From the NCBI GenBank assembly GCA_963803435.1, contig CAWDML010000008.1, positions 672,001-736,000 of the forward strand: a DNA stretch of 64,000 nucleotides, in the 5' to 3' direction. This stretch comes from an uncultured delta proteobacterium (GTDB taxonomy: Bacteria; Myxococcota; Kuafuiibacteriia; Kuafuiibacteriales; Kuafuiibacteriaceae). Positions within the stretch are counted from its first letter, which is position 1; each line of letters opens with the position of its first letter. Below are positions 61,097 through 64,000 of this stretch, in pieces. The position numbers and the translations under genes were made by a program. Under the pieces are notes generated by a model. The model saw only the letters and a list, made by a program, of their open reading frames with translations, searched no databases and was not told the DNA's origin.

Positions 61097-62170
61097 CTAC
61101 CGCGTGCTGCCGCCGGTCGAGGTGGAGCGCTGATCGCTCGACTCCTCCGCGCAGGGCCCGAGCCGCGCGCGGAGCAGCTCCAGCGGCATCGCCAGCTCGA
61201 TCGAGAAGGAGCCACCCTCGGGGCGGACCGAAGCGGTCTCGAGGAGCTCGGAGAGATCCTCGTCGCCCTCGGCGCGAGCGCGGATGCGCGCGACCGCGAG
61301 CGCGCCGCCGATCATCAGGCCCAGGTCCTCGAGCCCCCGGGTGTCCTCGCCGCGAACCTCCGCCACCAGCGCGACGTCCGAGCTGGCGTCGACGTGCAGC
61401 TCGATGTCCTTCGCCACCGCCGTCAGCTTCTCCTCGAGGCCCTCGGTGTCGGGGAGGACGCGCGCGAGGAGCTCGGGCGTGACGTGGCCGTACGCCTCGC
61501 CGTAGCTCTCCGACTCGTCGACCGGAGGCTCGACGGCCGGGCCGCGCGACTCGAGGCGATCGATCGCCGCCTGCACGCCGGCCTCGTCGGGGGCCATGAT
61601 CAGGAGCTCGTCGTTCCAGCGGCCGATGACCTCGCCTCCTCCGCTCGTGTGGATCGCGCCGTGGTCTCCGTACGGCGACGCAGGGCCGAGCAGGCTGGTG
61701 TCGAGCTTGTCGAAGTAGCCCGAGATGATCGTCGTTCGATCGGGACCGACGGCGATGCGATCGACGTCCTCCAGCGGATCGATCCCGGTCTCGCGAACGA
61801 CCTCCTCGAGATCGTTCTTCTGCATCTCGTTCATGCAGCGGAGCAGCATCTCGGCCGCCGGGCTGTGACGGATCGCGTTCGCCTCGATCACCATCGCGCC
61901 GGTGCCCGGCTGCATGGGTGGCAGCGCGCGGAGGACCGGATCGAGCACCGCCGGTGTCGGCGGCTGATCGGGCGAAGAGGGGGGAGGCGGCGGCAGCAGG
62001 GTCCGCCGGCGGTCGCGCCGCTGGATCTCCACAGCCTGCGGGTGGCGAGGGAAGTGGACCTCCTGGCCCCTCGGCTTGGGACCGGTGTCGAGCTCCTCGC
62101 CGGTTCGCATCAACCAGGCGGCGAGGAGAAGGAGCAGGCCTGCGGTCAGGAGCCAACGTGCGCGCTTCAT
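61097..62170 (-). CDS. Hypothetical membrane-anchored protein in the ABC operon
   Basis: N-terminal TM, GIDPLEDVDRIA; TGATG overlap with the permease. Confidence 0.65.
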   Translation of the reverse strand: MKRARWLLTAGLLLLLAAWLMRTGEELDTGPKPRGQEVHFPRHPQAVEIQRRDRRRTLLPPPPPSSPDQPPTPAVLDPVLRALPPMQPGTGAMVIEANAIRHSPAAEMLLRCMNEMQKNDLEEVVRETGIDPLEDVDRIAVGPDRTTIISGYFDKLDTSLLGPASPYGDHGAIHTSGGGEVIGRWNDELLIMAPDEAGVQAAIDRLESRGPAVEPPVDESESYGEAYGHVTPELLARVLPDTEGLEEKLTAVAKDIELHVDASSDVALVAEVRGEDTRGLEDLGLMIGGALAVARIRARAEGDEDLSELLETASVRPEGGSFSIELAMPLELLRARLGPCAEESSDQRSTSTGGSTR

Positions 62171-63003
62171 CAGTAGTCCGCCTGTTCGAAACGCCAGGTC
62201 CCCAGCGCGACCATCCCCAGTCCGAACACCACCATGCCCGCCATCCGCCTGGCCAGCTCCGCCGGGTTGATCGGGCCGGAGCCTGCGATCTCCATCGCGA
62301 GCTCGCCGACGGTGGAGACGGGCGGGAGGCAGATCGACAGCAGCTCGAAGAGGATCCGCGAGGTCTCCGAGGAGAACGACGGTGCGATCTCGTAGCGGTA
62401 GCTGGCGACGATGCCGGCGACGTAGAGCGCCAGACCGACGGAGCCGGAGACCGCGGCGCTCCGGGCGAAGACGGAGGCTGCGAGCATCGCGCCGTAGATC
62501 GCGGCGAAGGTGAGCGATCCGAGCAGGCCGGCGTAGAGGAGCTGCGGGGCATAGACGCCGGTCTTGACGCCGAGCACCAGGACCACGCCGCCGGCGGCGT
62601 AGAGCGCAGCGACCACGCCGATCCCCACCACGCCGGCGTAGGTGCCGATCAGCAGGGAGGCGCGCCGGACCGGGAGCGAGAGCAGGTGCTCGATCCGACC
62701 GGGCGCGAGCAGGTTGGGGCCGAAGTCGGCGCAGGCGAGCACGCCGAAGATCAGGCCGCAGTAGAAGATCACTGCGGCCGCGCCGCGGAAGAGCGGGCGG
62801 AGGGCCACGTCGACGGCCTGGATCTCCATGCGCTCCTGGCGGCCGAAGAAGCGGACCGCCGCCAGCGCGCCGTCGACGACCTGGAGCTCGAGCGTGAAGG
62901 CGAGCGTGATCAGGAGCAGCGCGATCACCACCGCCAGCGCGAGCAGCCAGCGGCGCGATGCGGCCTCCTGGAGCACATCGAGCGCGACGTAGACCGCGCT
63001 CAT
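62170..63003 (-). CDS. ABC transporter permease
   Basis: About six TM segments, LLSLPVRR, FEQADY end. Confidence 0.8.
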   Translation of the reverse strand: MSAVYVALDVLQEAASRRWLLALAVVIALLLITLAFTLELQVVDGALAAVRFFGRQERMEIQAVDVALRPLFRGAAAVIFYCGLIFGVLACADFGPNLLAPGRIEHLLSLPVRRASLLIGTYAGVVGIGVVAALYAAGGVVLVLGVKTGVYAPQLLYAGLLGSLTFAAIYGAMLAASVFARSAAVSGSVGLALYVAGIVASYRYEIAPSFSSETSRILFELLSICLPPVSTVGELAMEIAGSGPINPAELARRMAGMVVFGLGMVALGTWRFEQADY

Positions 63004-63903
63004 CCGCCGACCTCGGCCCGGAGCAGATCCTCGAGGCTCCGGGTCTCGCGGCCGAGGCGGATCAGGAGGGCGCCGCCGGCGCGGGCGCGATCGAGCGCCG
63101 CGTTGAGCTCGGCCTCCCCCTCGGCCTCGAGCGTGAACGCGCCCGGCTCGGAGCCGGCGGTGAAGCCGGCCGCCAGGATCGGCGCCGGATCGCCGGCGCT
63201 GAAGAGGGCGCGCCAGCGGTTCTTCGTGATCGCGAGCGCCTCGATCAGGCCCTCCTTGATCAGGCGTCCGCCGTGGAGGATGCCGACGCGATCGCAGATC
63301 CGCTCCGTCTCCGAGAGCAGGTGCGAGTTGAGGAACAGCGTGGCGCCGCGGGCCCGCTCCTCCTTGAGCAGATCGCGGATGGCGGCGCGGCCGATCGGAT
63401 CGACACCGTCGGTCGGCTCGTCGAGCACGAGCAGCTCCGGCTCGCCGAGGAGCGCGGCGGCGAGGCCGAGGCGCTGCTTCATCCCCTTGGAGAAGGTCCT
63501 GATCTTCACGTTCCGCTCCGCCTCGAGCCCGACGCGCGCGAGCTGGCGCTCCAGCGCACGCGCCGTCAGCGGGACGCGCTTGAGGCGCGCGATGCTCCGG
63601 AGGAACGCGGCCGCCGACCATGCCGGCGGGAGCGCGAGATGCTCGGGGAGATAGCCCATGCGACGGCGGATTCCGCACCTCCTCGGGCGCGCCGCCGAGC
63701 ACCCGGATGCGGCCCTCGCTGGGACGCACCACGTCGAGCATCGTCTTGATGAAGGTGGTCTTGCCGGCGCCGTTGAGGCCGATGAGCCCGAAGCTGGCGC
63801 CGGCCGGGAGGGCGAGGTCGACGCCCGCGAGCGCGCGTCGCCCGGGACGGCCGAGGCCGGCGGAGTAGACCTTCCCGATGCCGGCGGCCTCGAGCGCGAG
63901 CAC
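63000..63903 (-). CDS. ABC transporter ATP-binding protein (frameshift near 63675)
   Basis: Walker A GLNGAGKTT in one frame; GYLPE, FSKGMKQR, LDEPTDG, NSHLL in the other. Confidence 0.85.
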
Positions 63904-64000
63904 CGGCCGATGCTACCGCGGCTTCGGGCTCGATTGCTCCCGCGGTCGCCGTCCCGCACCTTTGGCCGCGCGTTCTCCCCGCGAGGTATGCTCGGCAGAG

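Overview
High-GC window whose gene content (Ser/Thr kinases, ECF sigma factors, PEGA/TPR and FG-GAP proteins, Cys-rich lipoproteins) suggests a myxobacterium-like (Myxococcota) genome; this is inferred from content, not from a search. It holds about 50 CDSs, several broken by single frameshifts that may be long-read errors. I found no rRNA, tRNA, CRISPR array or intact mobile element. Main signals: (1) 16.4-28.1 kb, a tightly coupled operon bracketed by two paralogous ~145-aa genes. It encodes a glutamyl-tRNA-synthetase domain embedded among DUF4214-like and LGFP-like envelope-binding repeats and a large protein with an unnamed Cys...DAN domain. A divergent paralog of that protein and a peptidoglycan amidase lie next to it, making a candidate effector/immunity (or effector/chaperone) island. 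(2) A rhodanese lipoprotein with an in-frame UGA and a SECIS-like hairpin (probable selenoprotein, UxxCH motif), convergent with a ~30-heme cytochrome c lipoprotein. (3) A cytolysin (CDC-like)-LamG lipoprotein coupled to a phosphatase-GH114 fusion, divergent from an ECF sigma factor. (4) Many genes have TANNNT boxes 6-9 nt before the start codon, suggesting leaderless transcription.
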